The notes under the pieces were generated by a model. The model had not been told where the DNA came from, did no database searches, and was given only the letters and a program-made list of their open reading frames with translations. Source: Octopus sinensis (Eukaryota). Taken from it: a stretch of 64,000 nucleotides of DNA. The position numbers and the translations under genes are program-made. Below, one piece after another: positions 35,786 through 49,457 of this stretch. Position 1 is the stretch's first letter, and every line of letters starts with the position of its first letter. The stretch is from contig NC_043004.1 in assembly GCF_006345805.1 (NCBI RefSeq), positions 74,152,001 to 74,216,000 on the forward strand. Direction: 5' to 3'.

Positions 35786-38429
35786 AAAAAAGCAACAAGA
35801 ATGGATTAAAATCTCGGTACGATCGTTTCGTACGAGGACATCTTTAATAAGCTACAAAAAATGCAGTGAATACAGATGGCTCGTACTCGTCAGCCGAAAA
35901 AATATCAGAGAATTCCCAAACATCAAAAGGGGTAGATACAAAAGAGGTTGTAAGATTAACTGCATTGAAGAAAGTTCGATTCATGGAGATCCGATGAAGG
36001 TTTTAAACCTATAGAATTTATGCATGTCTACATATAGCTCATATTGAATATTTGATCAAGTTGTATGAAGAAATTTTCGGATACAGTCATGCAAAATTTC
36101 TGAAAATCCGAGTAAGAGGCAAAGTGACTGCCACATCATGTAGAGGAAAGTCTGAGTAAAAACATAGTGACTGTCATATCGTGTAGAGGAACAGATTGTT
36201 ATTGAAATTTACAAGAATCGCAGATAAGTTCGATTTTTTGGAGATCCGATGAAAAAGTCTTGAACTTACAAAATTTGTGTATGTCCTTATAGTTCGTAAT
36301 CCAGTTTTGTGGAGAGATTTAGGGTACAATCATGCGAAAATATCAGGGAGTCCGAATGAGAAGCAAAAATGACAGTCTTATATTGTAGTGGTTCAGGTTG
36401 TTATGAAATTTTCAAGAATCACAGAAAGAGGAGGAAGGGGTAGGATTTCATCAGTTACTGCTATTTAAGCTGTCAAAGAGAAAGGAAAGGGGAAGCTAAG
36501 GGGATAGGCACAATTTGATACTAACAAAAAAGTCTAAGTTTGTTTGGAACAAATTCGAACTGAGGTCAACAATTTATTTCTTTATTTATAAATGTTACTA
36601 TTAATAGATTGTCAGGTTACAAAGAGGTCATTAGAAAGGGAAGAAAAATGGGGTTGTTTTTAAATGAAATTAAACTATTATATTATTATTATACTAAACT
36701 ATAATACATACATAATGTTTTTAAATGAAATTAAACAATTATATTATTATTATACTAAACTATAATACACTACACTATATTATATTATATTATTTTGATA
36801 TATTATATCACATCACAATACACTACGATAGGTCTGGTATTAGCAGAATTAATTTTTAAAGTTTAAAAGAAATTAAGAGAATTAACTAACTAATATTTGT
36901 AATGGGATAAAAAATAGACTAAGAAATGGAGATAAAAATAGAGCAAAATTTAATTTATTAATAATATGGTCCAATAGAAATAAATCAAATAATTTAAGTC
37001 AATAAGTATTAAATAGTACCATCAGAGAGAGAAAAAATTTTAATCATAGCTAGTTAGAACTTATCTTTCCAGTTAAATATATAATATACTAAGTACTATA
37101 TATAATATACTAAGTACTACTTAGTATATTATATATTTAACTGGAAAGATAAGTTCTAACTAGCTATGATTAAAATTTTTCTCTCTCTGATGGTACTATT
37201 TAATACTTATTGACTTAAATTATTTGATTATTTCTATTGGACCATATTATTAATAAATTAAATTTTGCTCTATTTTTATCTCCATTTCTTAGTCTATTTT
37301 TTATCCCATACAAATATTAGTTAGTTAATTCTCTTAATTTCTTTTAAACTTTAAAAATTAATTCTGCTAATACCAGACCTATCGTAGTGTATTGTGATGT
37401 GATATAATATATCAAAATAATATAATATAATATAGTGTAGTGTATTATAGTTTAGTATAATAATAATATAATTGTTTAATTTCATTTAAAAACATTATGT
37501 ATGTATTATAGTTTAGTATAATAATAATATAATAGTTTAATTTCATTTAAAAACAACCCCATTTTTCTTCCCTTTCTAATGACCTCTTTGTAACCTGACA
37601 ATCTATTAATAGTAACATTTATAAATAAAGAAATAAATTGTTGACCTCAGTTCGAATTTGTTCCAAACAAACTTAGACTTTTTTGTTAGTATCAAATTGT
37701 GCCTATCCCCTTAGCTTCCCCTTTCCTTTCTCTTTGACAGCTTAAATAGCAGTAACTGATGAAATCCTACCCCCTTCCTCCTCTTTCTGTGATTCTTGAA
37801 AATTTCATTAACAACCTGAACCACTACAATATAAGACTGTCATTTTTGCTTCTCATTCGGACTCCCTGATATTTTCGCATGATTGTACCCTAAATCTCTC
37901 CACAAAACTGGATTACGAACTATAAGGACATACACAAATTTTGTAAGTTCAAGACTTTTTCATCGGATCTCCAAAAAATCGAACTTATCTGCGATTCTTG
38001 TAAATTTCAATAACAATCTGTTCCTCTACACGATATGACAGTCACTATGTTTTTACTCAGACTTTCCTCTACATGATGTGGCAGTCACTTTGCCTCTTAC
38101 TCGGATTTTCAGAAATTTTGCATGACTGTATCCGAAAATTTCTTCATACAACTTGATCAATATTCAATATGAGCTATATGTAGACTGCATAAATTCTATA
38201 GGTTTAAAACCTTTCATCGGATCTCCATGAATCGAACTTTCTTCAATGCAGTTAATCTTACAACCTCTTTTGTATCTACCCCTTTTGATGTTTGGAAATT
38301 CTCTGATATTTTTCGGCTGACGAGTACGAGCCATCTGTATTCACTGCATATTTTGTAGCTTATTAAAGATGTCCTCGTACGAAACGATCGTACCGAGATT
38401 TTAATCCATTCTTGTTGCTTTTTTCCTAT
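35781..38429. repeat. 2.65-kb near-perfect palindrome
   Basis: Starts ATAGGAAAAAAGCAACAAG and ends CTTGTTGCTTTTTTCCTAT. Centre AATATACTAAGTA-C-TACTTAGTATATT at 37117, with a 21-nt tandem duplication on the left. Confidence 0.97.
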
Positions 38430-38547
38430 TTATAATCACCCCACTTGTCGTATGGTTAACACCATATAGATATCCGGTGCATCCTAGTTAAGGACCATAT
38501 TCATGTGAATTCTTTAGAATTCACTAGAATCTCAATTACTTAACCGA

Positions 38548-38597
<50 letters not shown>

Positions 38598-38789
38598 CTC
38601 TTCCCCCTCTCTCACATTTCTCTGTCTTTCTCACTTTGCACTCACAAGCCAATCCTTGGCACGCACTCTTTCTTCTCCCCTCTTTAATTCCTTCTTTCTC
38701 TCTCTTCTCCCCCTTTGTTGCCTTCGTCCCTCTTTTTCTCTCTCTCTTTGTTTCCTTTGCCCACTTTCTTTCTCTCTCTTCTCCCACAT

Positions 38790-39226
38790 GACCGCTCGTC
38801 AAATCAGCCTATTTGGCCTCCGACCACTGCCGTGAGAACATCGTTGTCTTCGTCTGCCGATAAAGGCATTTTTTCCAAATACGCCAGTTAAACTTGTTGT
38901 ACTGTTTATTAGTCGTAAGACACCCGCTGTTTTTGTCCTGTTTTTACCATTATTGTTTTTTGCATTTTATATTCGTATGGCATCGTCCGTTTTTCTGTCC
39001 CTGTTTCGTATACATTCGATCCTTCTTCCAAGAAATCTAATGTTCGTAGCTTAGTTTTTCCTTGGGTCTGGCCGGATCGGAGCGATCTCAAGATTAATCA
39101 GCCGAAATTGCTAGGGGGATCCGGTTCTTGACTGAAGATTGAAGGTTTCGAATGTCCCGTCCGTGTTTTTTGTATCGTCTTCTAAATGTTTTACTTTCTT
39201 GTCCCAGTTTTATTTTTCTACATATA

Positions 39227-39230
<4 letters not shown>
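38790..39230. mobile_element. Probable PLE terminal-repeat fragment
   Basis: Pyrimidine-rich, lies between microsatellites, carries isolated CTGAAGA and GAAA half-motifs; no coding remnant. Confidence 0.3.
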
Positions 39231-39292
<62 letters not shown>

Positions 39293-39296
<4 letters not shown>

Positions 39297-39622
39297 TGGC
39301 ACTCCGTTGGTTAAATCGACGAGGGTTCCAGTTGATCCGATCAACGGAACCGCATGCACGTGAAATTAACGTGTAAGTGGCTGACCACTCCTCAGCCACG
39401 TGTTACCTTAACGTAGTTCCCGGGGAGATTCAGCGTGACACAGTGTGTGACAAGGATGGCCCCTTCAAGTACAGAAACAGGAAGAAAGAGTTAGAGAAGC
39501 TGAGCCTTATGGAACATTAGGTGTCTTCGCTCAATAAACACTTGCAACGCCTGGTCGGGGAATCGAACCCGCGATCCGACGACCGCGAGTCCGCTGCCCT
39601 ATTCACTGGGCGATTGCGCCTC
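39293..39622 (-). mobile_element. tRNA(Arg)-like-head SINE, body type C
   Basis: Same head; after ACTCTTTCTTCCTGTTTCT continues into a third body ending AACCAACGGAGTGCCACATC. Confidence 0.8.
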
Positions 39623-40321
39623 TATATATATCGCGTTCATATTTAATCCTAACAATCGCAAATTTATAATTCGAAATATTACACTGAGGAGAGAAATAGG
39701 CAAATATAATTTACTTTAATCTCGAAACGCGTGTGTAATTAATCGAAGTCGTGTGGATTCATCATTTTTCTTTTTACCTACGTAGAAATGAGTGCAATTG
39801 TCTCGGAGATACTTATGGTAGTTGAAAATGACATTAACGTCTATTTCTAATTTCGGTACGTGGCGAAGCAATTAGCTGACCCTGATTATAATTATGCATA
39901 TAATTATAGAATATCATATATATATATATATATTTTTTTAAATATATAAATATATTTTTATATATAAAGTGATCTAACGAATTACATTTAATTTAATTTA
40001 ATCTGAGAATTTAATTAGTCAGACATTATATTAAGTAATTATTAAATGGCTTCTTTATTTGTAAGATTACATTTTAAGTTAATTTGGTATTATATTATTT
40101 GATATTTAGTCAACTTTGTTATAGATTGTTATATTAAATCTATAGATACTACACATGCATATTGATTATATGGTTAGCTTATTTAAGGAGTTTGTCTATA
40201 TTTGAACCATTTCTTATTTGGATTACAATTTAATGGTTTGTGTATTTGCATATTTAATTTAATTTGAAAGTATATAATAATTTAAGTATTGTTTTACTTT
40301 TCAATTATGTATATTTAGTAT

Positions 40322-40365
<44 letters not shown>

Positions 40366-40407
40366 GTATATTTATTAATTAATTATTTTATTATTCTAGT
40401 TTATTTT

Positions 40408-40496
40408 TAATCTGATGAGTGACTATATTGATTTCGAAGTGATTTCTCTACCACTATAACCATTTCTTAAATATAGCCACGAAACACGTGTCGTTA
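40408..40496 (+). ncRNA. Type I hammerhead ribozyme, canonical core, PLE type
   Basis: TAAT-CTGATGA-GTGACTATATT...AATATAGCCAC-GAAA-C ACGT GTC-GTTA; predicted cleavage after C40492. Confidence 0.75.
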
Positions 40497-40629
40497 TTCT
40501 ACAATTTATATAAGTTATTATTATTATTTATTTTTTTGCAATTTACTTAATCTTTGACATTTTATTGTTATTTTAATGTTAATATTTCTAATATATGTAA
40601 TTTTCTGGATTGTGTAATCAGCAGTTGGA

Positions 40630-42220
40630 AAGGTAAATCACCACATTCTGTTAGAAATTGTAAATACCTTCATAGTACCAAATATAGTATCTGAGTCTCA
40701 ATGTGACTTTCGCTTCTCCAGGGGCACAGTTGATCGTAACTTTAGTATCAGACAATTTCAGGAAAAGTGCATTGAACAGAACAGAATCTTGCCTTGTACC
40801 ATTGCATTGTTGATTTAACCAACACAATTGATACTGTTAATTGAAATGCTCTGTGGCTAACTGTAGGGAAAATAGGTTTCCCGGAAAAATTTGATCAGAA
40901 CTTTGCATCAAGATATGAAGGCAGGAGTTAATTTTGGTGGTAGGCTCTCTGAATCTATTGCTGTGGAAAATTGAGTACAGCAAAGAGACCTTGATACACT
41001 CACCCTCTTTGCTATATAATTTTCTGTTCTGCTGTCACAGGCTTTTCATAACTCCGAGGAGGGTATTTACACAAAATATCGGACAGTGAATGTTTTTAAT
41101 CTAACCTGCCTGAAATTCAAAACAAAGGTTTTTACTTCACTCGTTAAGGAATTCTTATACGCTGACGCTTGCGATCTTCTCAGTTACTCTGAAACGGGAC
41201 TGCAATCTCTTGTATCTGCATTTGACACAGCTTGGGGTTGACCATCAGCTTGAAAAAACAGTAGTAAAATTTCAACCGGCACGTGCTCCTGTTTGCATCT
41301 CATTAAAAAGCTTCGTTATGGATAAGTAACTTGAGGTTGTTGACGCTTTCATTTACTTGGGAAGCTCTTCACAAATCATTTGACTTCCTATCCCAGTCGT
41401 ATTCTTCTGAAACATAGACGTGTTATGAAAGTAATTTCAAATTGTTTCGAAGATTCCACCAAAATGCCTTCGACGCATTCTAAACATTAAATGGTTAAAT
41501 GGGGCTTTTTTTCATTCCAGACAGATGTCTATGCGGCTGCAACCATCACCTCAATTAAATCAATGATTCTAAACAAGTTACATGAGATGGTTTGGTGATA
41601 TTGTTCGAATGGCAGATGAACGCACACCGAAACAGCTGTTTTATGAAAAGAATGCAGAGGGGAAACACAATCGGTGTAAACCTAAAAAGAGGTTTAAGGA
41701 CGGCATAAGAACTACCGTGAAATCACTACAAATGGATCCAAAAGCCATTGAAACCGTTGCTTCAGATCGAGCTGGATAGTACATAAAAAATGTGGAGTGG
41801 AATGAAAGCGTCTAAGGAGGCCAGGATATGCAAGAATCAAGAGAGGTTTAAAGAAGGATGTTGCGATCGAGAAGGTGAATCTCAGTCACCTTTTTCTGTG
41901 CACAGTTTGTGACAGACCAAGCATTTTTTTGCTGGGCTCAAATTTCATTTGAAGATCAATGACAAATGAACCTCCACCAACTACTGTGCCTATGTATCTG
42001 TGCATATCTTTTAATGCCGTGTATGACATAAGGTCTACAAATCTAACAGAACCCTCAAAAGACATTTTAACATCCACAAAGATCAGAACTTAACTACAGC
42101 TCTTTGTGATCCAAGCTGGATCTGCCATGTATATGGTATCTTTTCAATACATTGTCTGGTTTAAAAAGCTACATCAGACGCCATGATGTAACTAGAAGAG
42201 GTGGACAAACTCTGCTTTAG
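40630..42220 (+). mobile_element. Decayed RTE-clade LINE with remnants of three C2H2 fingers
   Basis: SQCDFRFSRGTVD, IRQFQEKCIEQN, RWFGDIVRM..TPKQLFY; fingers at about 41890, 42015 and 42118. Confidence 0.8.
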
Positions 42221-42864
42221 ATGTAGACAATTACCACATATATCTATCTATCTCCCTATCTATTTACATATATAATTTTTATATGAATATATATATATAT
42301 ATATATGTGTGTGTGCGTGTGTGCCTGTGTGTGTGTAGAAGAAAATGGAGATTTTGAAGATGATAAGAGTCTATTAGCAACAACAAATCGATCGTTGTCC
42401 CTTACAGCTGTTTCAGTTATACACAATGAAGTCAATCAAAAATTTAATTCCTATTTTTCAGCATAATCTCTTCAGAGAGAAAAATATACCCTTAGATGTT
42501 TTGTATGTTTGTTTGTAGATTCATCACAGAAGACTGAATGATACTGTTTATGATTTATATTCATATGTGACTGGGCGAAGGATTTGCAGGTTGGTTGGAT
42601 ATAAGATAGAATAGGTAAATAGTATGAGTAATAAATGAAAGAATAAAATTATACAGTAAGTTATAATATAAATAAAACACAATACCAATAAGGTAATGAA
42701 GTAAAGTGCATTTATAAGTTGTATATAAAGGTAGGAAAGTTTGAACATATATAATTAGGTACATACGAGATAAAAAACATACACCACAAGCGTGCATATA
42801 TGTATATATACATATATATATCTACACACATGTATACATACTTGTATGCATGTATCACACCCAA

Positions 42865-42904
<40 letters not shown>

Positions 42905-43119
42905 GCATGTATATATGTATGTATTTATGTATGTATGTATTTATGTATGTATGTATGTATGTATATTGTCTATGCGACTGCAAGCATCACTTCATTTAAA
43001 TCAATTAAATTGTCCAGCGGCTGACCTGGCTACAAACACAAAGCTGGAACTATACCTACCACCACATAAGGCCACCACCAACAGATGCAGGATGGCCACC
43101 ACAAACACCAACACACACG

Positions 43120-45995
43120 TCACAAAAATATTCCTACTAAACGTAGAAGGGCTGTTGCACGGCAACTGTAAAAGGAAAATCTCATTCCTGAGAGACCTTG
43201 CGACATGCAATTAACCTCTATGCATGGCACTCATAGAAACGCATCTTGGAACTGATATAGGGGATGCAGAAATAAACATACCGTAATATGTTGTCATACG
43301 CTCAGATAGAAAAGAGAGGAGTCATGGTGGAGTTGCAGTGTACATCCGAGATGACCTCACACCCCAGGTCCTGTTGTCAGAATGAAATTCAGTGTGTGAT
43401 TCTCAAATTGTACACAAAAGACAACTAAATATCGTCTTATATACTACATATCGCCCACCGGATGCCCCAAATCACACAGGCATGTTTGAAGACCGCCTAA
43501 CAAAAATAGAAGTTCTCACCAAACTGGAACAAAACAATAGTGTATTCTTCATGGGTGACTTTAACTTCCTGGGAATGGCCTGGGGGGGGGCAGATGCTCC
43601 CAGGAATGACACACCATCAGCAAGCACAGGCAGAGTCCCGGCTCGACCTCACAAATGCCTCTTTCATTGAGCAAATTGTGCTGCAACCAACCAGGGCAAC
43701 CTATGTATGGACCAAAAGCCCCCGCAGGCGCACAGCCTCTACGAAGCATCCACAATCTCTCCAAACTAAACTTTCATAAAGTAAATTGAAAGTTGATTGA
43801 GAAAGAGATCCTCAAACAAGATTGGCCTAAATGTCTTTCCACACCAGACATTGACATGAAACACAAACGTTTCATGTCCATAATACAAGCCATATATAAC
43901 AAATATGTTCCAGTGTGCACGGCCAGCATACACAAAAGCAGGATCCCTAGGGAAAGGAAGATTCTTATGAGACGAAGGGCAAGGATTGCGAACTGCCTGA
44001 GCAAGTACACCAAAAGTGGTGAGAAAAGTCTACATCAGTCTCATGAAAAGGAGAGAGCAGATAAAGAAGCTTCGGTTATAGAAAATATAAAATTAAACCC
44101 TAAAGCCTTCTTTAAGTTTGCCAAAGAGGCGGCCACAGTGCGCCAGAGGATAGGACCGCTCTTCCAAAAAGATGGTTCCCATGACGATAAGTGAAATGCT
44201 GAACGAACAGTTCCAAAGTGTGTTTACTACACTTCTAGGACACAGGCAAGTAAACAAACCAGAAGAATTATTTGCCACTTTACCTGTAGCCAAAGAGGCA
44301 AAAGTTGAGTACATTAACATTGAAGATGATGATATCACACTAGCCATAGATGAGATTGACACAAACTCAGCTGCTGGACCTGATGGAATACCAGAGATCC
44401 TTCTCAAATCGTGCAAACGAGCCCTTGCAAAACCACTACAGCTTCTTTTTCAGAGCTTTCTTGCAACTGGTAAGCTCCCAGTCAAATTGAAAGGAGGGAT
44501 AATATGCCCTATTCATAAAGGAGGAAGCAGAGCAAATGCTAAAAATTATAGGCCTATCTCTCTGACCTCACACATCAGCAAAGTCATGGAACCAATAGTC
44601 CCCCAGAAACTAATCATGTTCCTTGAAGAAAATGATTTGCTGACTGACACCCAGCATGGATTTTGACCAGGTAGAAGCTGTGTAACACGGCTCCTGTAAC
44701 ACTATGACTGGGTGTTAAAACAGCTACTAAATGGCTCAAGTGTGGATGTGATATATCTCGACTTTGCAAAAGCCTTTGATAAAGTCGACCATGATATGAT
44801 CTCTCATAAACTGCGTGATCTCGGTATAGGCGAAAAACTTGGAGAGTGGCTGCACAACTTCCTAAAAGATAGAAGGCAGGCTCTGGTGGCCAATGGAGCC
44901 ATCTCCAAGGAAACACAAATAACAAGTGGTGTTCCACAGGTCACTCTCTTGGGGCCACTGCTGTTCATAGCAGACATGCCCTCAGTTTCAGACATGCCCT
45001 CAGTTGCTAAGATGGCCACCCTTGCTATCTATGCAAATGACACAAAATTCTGTCAGACAATACAAAACCCTGGAAATATTGCACATCAGCAACGGAAGTT
45101 AAATACAATATACAGGTGGGATGAGGGCACCAACAAGCAGTTTAATGCAGGTAAGTTCCAAGCCCTGCGTTACTGGCACACAAAGATTAACGACATGCAG
45201 AACGGATACACTAGCCCGGGAAGAATTGCAATTCCTGAATCAAAATCAGTGCATAACCTGGGCATTGACATGAGCAATGATGCATCTTTCCAAGTGTATA
45301 TTGCCAATTTGGTAATAAAATGCAGACGGCTAGCTGGATGGATCCTCAGAACTTTCAGAACAAGAGAGAAGCAGACACTGATGGTCCTTTAGAAGACATT
45401 CGTTCTCAGCCGCTTGGACTACTGCTCCCAACTGTGGTCACCACACAATATAAAGTTAACAGCAGAAATCGAAGCAATCCAGCGAAGCTACACTAAGAAA
45501 ATATATTAGCTACTGGGAAAGACTGAAAGTATTAAAACTCTTCTGCCTGGAACGAAGGTGGGAGAGATATGCAGCAATATACATCTGGAAAATCCTGGAG
45601 GGTCTTGTCCCGAATTTTGGTATTGAAAGTTATCACAACAGCAGAACGGGGCGCCACTGCATGGTGCCAAAGATCCCAACATCACCATCAAAATACAGGA
45701 CCAGATACTGCAACAGCTTGGGTTTCAAGGGACCACAGCTCTTCAATATCCTTCCTAAGTGTCTGAGAGACTTGCATTGTGTGGATGTGGGTTTCTTTAA
45801 AACTAAAGTGGATCTCTTCTTGTCAGGGGTTCCAGATGAACCTACCTCTCGGCAGGAAACACAAACGCGAGCAGCGGCGTCGAACTCCCTTGTTGACCAA
45901 GTGCCACGTATAGAGGTAGTTTCACATACTAGTGTAAGTCATTCAACGGTGGTGCCCCAGCATGGCCGCAAACTTCGAGCTGAAACATTTTTAGG
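43120..45995 (+). mobile_element. Decayed CR1/L2-group LINE (APE-RT)
   Basis: IFLLNVEG, MGDFNF, NYRPISLTSH, YLDFAKAFDKVDH, SGVPQ, YANDT, LDYCSQLWSP; 3' GGTGGTGCCCCAGCATGGCC..GAAAC. Confidence 0.9.
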
Positions 45996-46229
45996 GATTT
46001 AAGGATATATCCATATATATATGTGCATATACATATCTATATATATAGAAAGAGAAGGTGAGGAGAAATGTATATATACTTTTTGCTTATTATATGTAAG
46101 GAAGTAAATATTTAAGCTAGCATGATCTTTCCCACCTCTCCTCCCAAACCCAAAAAGCATATACATAAATAACACTTCTTTGAACAAACATTTTAATAAA
46201 AAGTCATGTATCTTACTCCATTAACACCA

Positions 46230-48470
46230 CTAAACCAGACACACACTTAAAACAGAAAGAATTTGGAAAAACAACTGGTCATTAGATTTCTGACCAAAGG
46301 TCAACTATTCAAAGTACGATAACACCATTCGAGAAGAAATAGAAAAAAGAAGCAGTGACAACGTGAGAGATAGAATCTTTGACCTATGGAAGACCGATAC
46401 AACCAGAGAGGGATTAAAATCAAAGAAAATCTTGGCGTCAAGCACACATTAACTACAAGAATAGAAAAAGATCTATGGAAACAAAAACAAATAAAACCCA
46501 GAAAAAGAAATCCATAAGCTCTCAAACTTGAGAAAATTCAAAAACACATGAAATGAAAAACTCTCACGCAACAAACAAACTTCAACCAGAATATCAGAGA
46601 CTCTCAAACACACAATTACACACAGATCAAATACTAAACACTAGAATCAGCTACAACTACTGTCAAAGCCCCAAGAAAAATTACCATAGACAAAATCAAA
46701 GATATGAAAAGAACGAACGGAACAACAGGACCAAACCCTTCACATATTAACCACCAAACAAAATTCTACCACTCAGAAAATTATCAACATGAAATGCCAG
46801 TGAACAGAATATTTCACCACAACAGAAACACCCCTATCCCAAACGGGAATTCATTTTTAGGACAAGGTGTCTCCAGCAAATGAAAGAAAAAAAAGAAAAC
46901 ACCACCCTTGACGAACAAAAACTACAGACACCAAAAATAATCAACATATCGGCCACGAAATGAACACAACAGGAAATCAAACTATTAGAAAACGAACTGA
47001 AGTTCACACCCACCCCGAAAGCCGATCGAGCCGATTTTATAAAGGACAGAGAAGATATTTGTCGCAAATTACTTCTAGAAGAATTTTTCCAGGGTGTAGA
47101 ATATGACGAGGAATCAGTAGTGAAAACAAAAAGAACTTCAATCCACCACTAAATAGAAACATACACCTGGAAGAATACATAACCTGCCTACGACGATCAA
47201 TGCAGTATAACATTATAGAGACGAAACACAAATGTAACATCACTACACACCAACTGCTAGCACTAAGCAAACGACAAAACGACTCCTAAATAATTATAAA
47301 AGAAGCTGACCAGAGTGGAGCAATCACCATCATGGCCAAAAAGCACTACAAAGATATGATCCTAGAACAGTTGAATGACAAAGTATTTTACAGGAAAATC
47401 AACAAATGCGAGAAAAAATCCAATGATTAAAGTAGGTAAACTGACGAAAAGCGCCAAAATAACTTCACACTAAAACTAACTTTGAAATGAAAACCAGCAT
47501 TTTTTATGGATTACCGAAAGTTCACAAATCCAAAGAAATCCAAAACAACATAAATGGCAAAACGTTGAAGTACCAAAAGCGACAGATTTTAAATTACGCC
47601 TAGTTGTTGCTGGACCAGCATGCAATGTCTAAGTAAGTTATTAGACATCCTTTTGAAACCCCAATATAAAAAAAGTGCCGAGCTACATCAGAGATGATAT
47701 GGAATTCCTGAATTATATCCGCCAGAGAGTACACCAAGATACAATCTTAGTCAGCTTTGATGTAACAAGCTTATATACTAACATCCCACACGATTTAGGA
47801 ATTGAAGCTGTTGACATCTGGATTATAAAACATCCAGCTTCCATTTAAGAGAGATTCCCGAAAGACTATTTTGGAAGGGCTCAAATTAACATTGTGGAAG
47901 AAGCACTTCCTATTTCATAACGAGCTATATTTACAAATAAAAGGAACAACCATGGGCACCAAAGAATCCCCAACATATGCAACACTTGTTATGGGAAACC
48001 TAGAGACAAAACTATATTCCCAACTGCAGGAAACGTTCAGTCACGACTTCGCCACCTACATAAATAACAACTGGAAACGTTATCTAGACTATTGCTTCAT
48101 CTTCTCGGATAGAAACCAAGAGGACCAGCAAAGATTCTGCTCCATCATAAATAATCTTTCTGAAGAAATACAAATCACCATGGAATGTAGCAGAAAGGAA
48201 GTATCATTTCTGGATATCCTTATCATTCAAGAAATGGAAAATATCGAAACAGACCTATTTTACAAACCAGCAGACACACATCAATATTTAAATTTCGAAG
48301 CAGCACACCCCTCACATAGCAAAAGGAACATTCCCTTTAACATGATAAAACGCATCTGCACCGTAGTTATACAGTCCACATTACAGGGAAAAAGATTACA
48401 TGAACTAAATTGGTTCCATAAAAGACAAAAGTATTCGATGAAGCATAAGGGGTTATATTGAAGGAAAGCA
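46230..48470 (+). mobile_element. Decayed Penelope-like element, second Neptune-like family
   Basis: FYGLPKVHK, SFDVTSLYTNIPH, MGTKESPTYA, RYLDY, SFLDILI, HPSHSKRNIPF. Confidence 0.88.
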
Positions 48471-48934
48471 GTTTACATAACGTCTGAGATGTTCACACAC
48501 ACACACGCACATATACTTATACACACACATACATACACATATACATACATGCATACTTGTAATAGTGTAATATAAAAAAAAACTGTGAATGAACAATCAT
48601 TGATGGTACGAATGTATATTGTACTTTTAAACACGATATACACAATATATAAGAGATATTATCTCCGGACGAATACTACAATAAATTTGTGTGTCCTGCA
48701 GCGCTTAGGTCGAAAATGTCACATAAATAGCTATTCTAATCTAAAACTGGTTCTGTTGCATGTAACGAATTTTTAGTCAGCCGGACCGCTACTCGCAAGA
48801 TCATTGATTCTTTATTCTCTATTCTTGTAAATCGGTGGTGATAAATTTCGTCTAAGCATGATAGTTCTAAGGACAACCAATTGAAGATACTCAGCGAAAC
48901 CGAAATGCATTAAATGTACTCATTTGCCACTTAA

Positions 48935-49416
48935 TTATTATATTATACTTTAGTTTGGTTTTAATTATTACTTACTACATATAGCTCAATTGTTATTATT
49001 ATCTCTAATTTTTATTTTTAAAGTGAAATATCTGACATAAAATAGAGAAATGTTTTTGTTTCATTTTTAACACGTAATACTGAAATAGTGGAGAAGATAT
49101 GATATTGCTATGGGCTCGCCCTAGGCAAGAAGTTGAACATTTGTTTTTGCCCATGAAACTACATGGACCCTAAGTAAAGCATGTGTAAAATTTGAATGAA
49201 ATTGGTTGTGTAGTTCTCAAGTTTTAGGGAATTGTAGTGGAGAAGATATGATATTGCTGTGGGCTCGCCCTAGGCAAAAAGTTAAAGTCTTTTTTGCCGA
49301 TGACACTCCCCGGACCCTAAGTAAGGCATGTGTAAAATTTGAATGAAATTGTTTGTGTAGTTCTCGGGTTTTAGGGAAACACACAGACAGACACACATTC
49401 TCAGTTTTATATATAT
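48935..49416 (-). repeat. About 480-bp repeat copy A (Helitron-like non-autonomous element?) with two 149-bp subrepeats
   Basis: Direct repeat of 50121-50602; ends in GTGTGTCTGTCTG microsatellite and TATATATAAAACTGAG, resembling Lep1/DINE-type Helitron starts. Confidence 0.5.
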
Positions 49417-49428
49417 GCTAGTATTAAA

Positions 49429-49457
49429 GACCCTTCGTTGCCGGGTCATAGTGCTAG
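49429..49457 (+). other. Helitron-like 3' terminus (hairpin + CTAG)
   Basis: GACCC-TTCGTTGCC-GGGTC, 6 nt, then CTAG followed by T. Confidence 0.35.

Noticed and set aside
37756-37802. CTGATGA...GAAA in the large palindrome arms
   Set aside because: Stem II does not abut GAAA and there is no stem I/III pairing.
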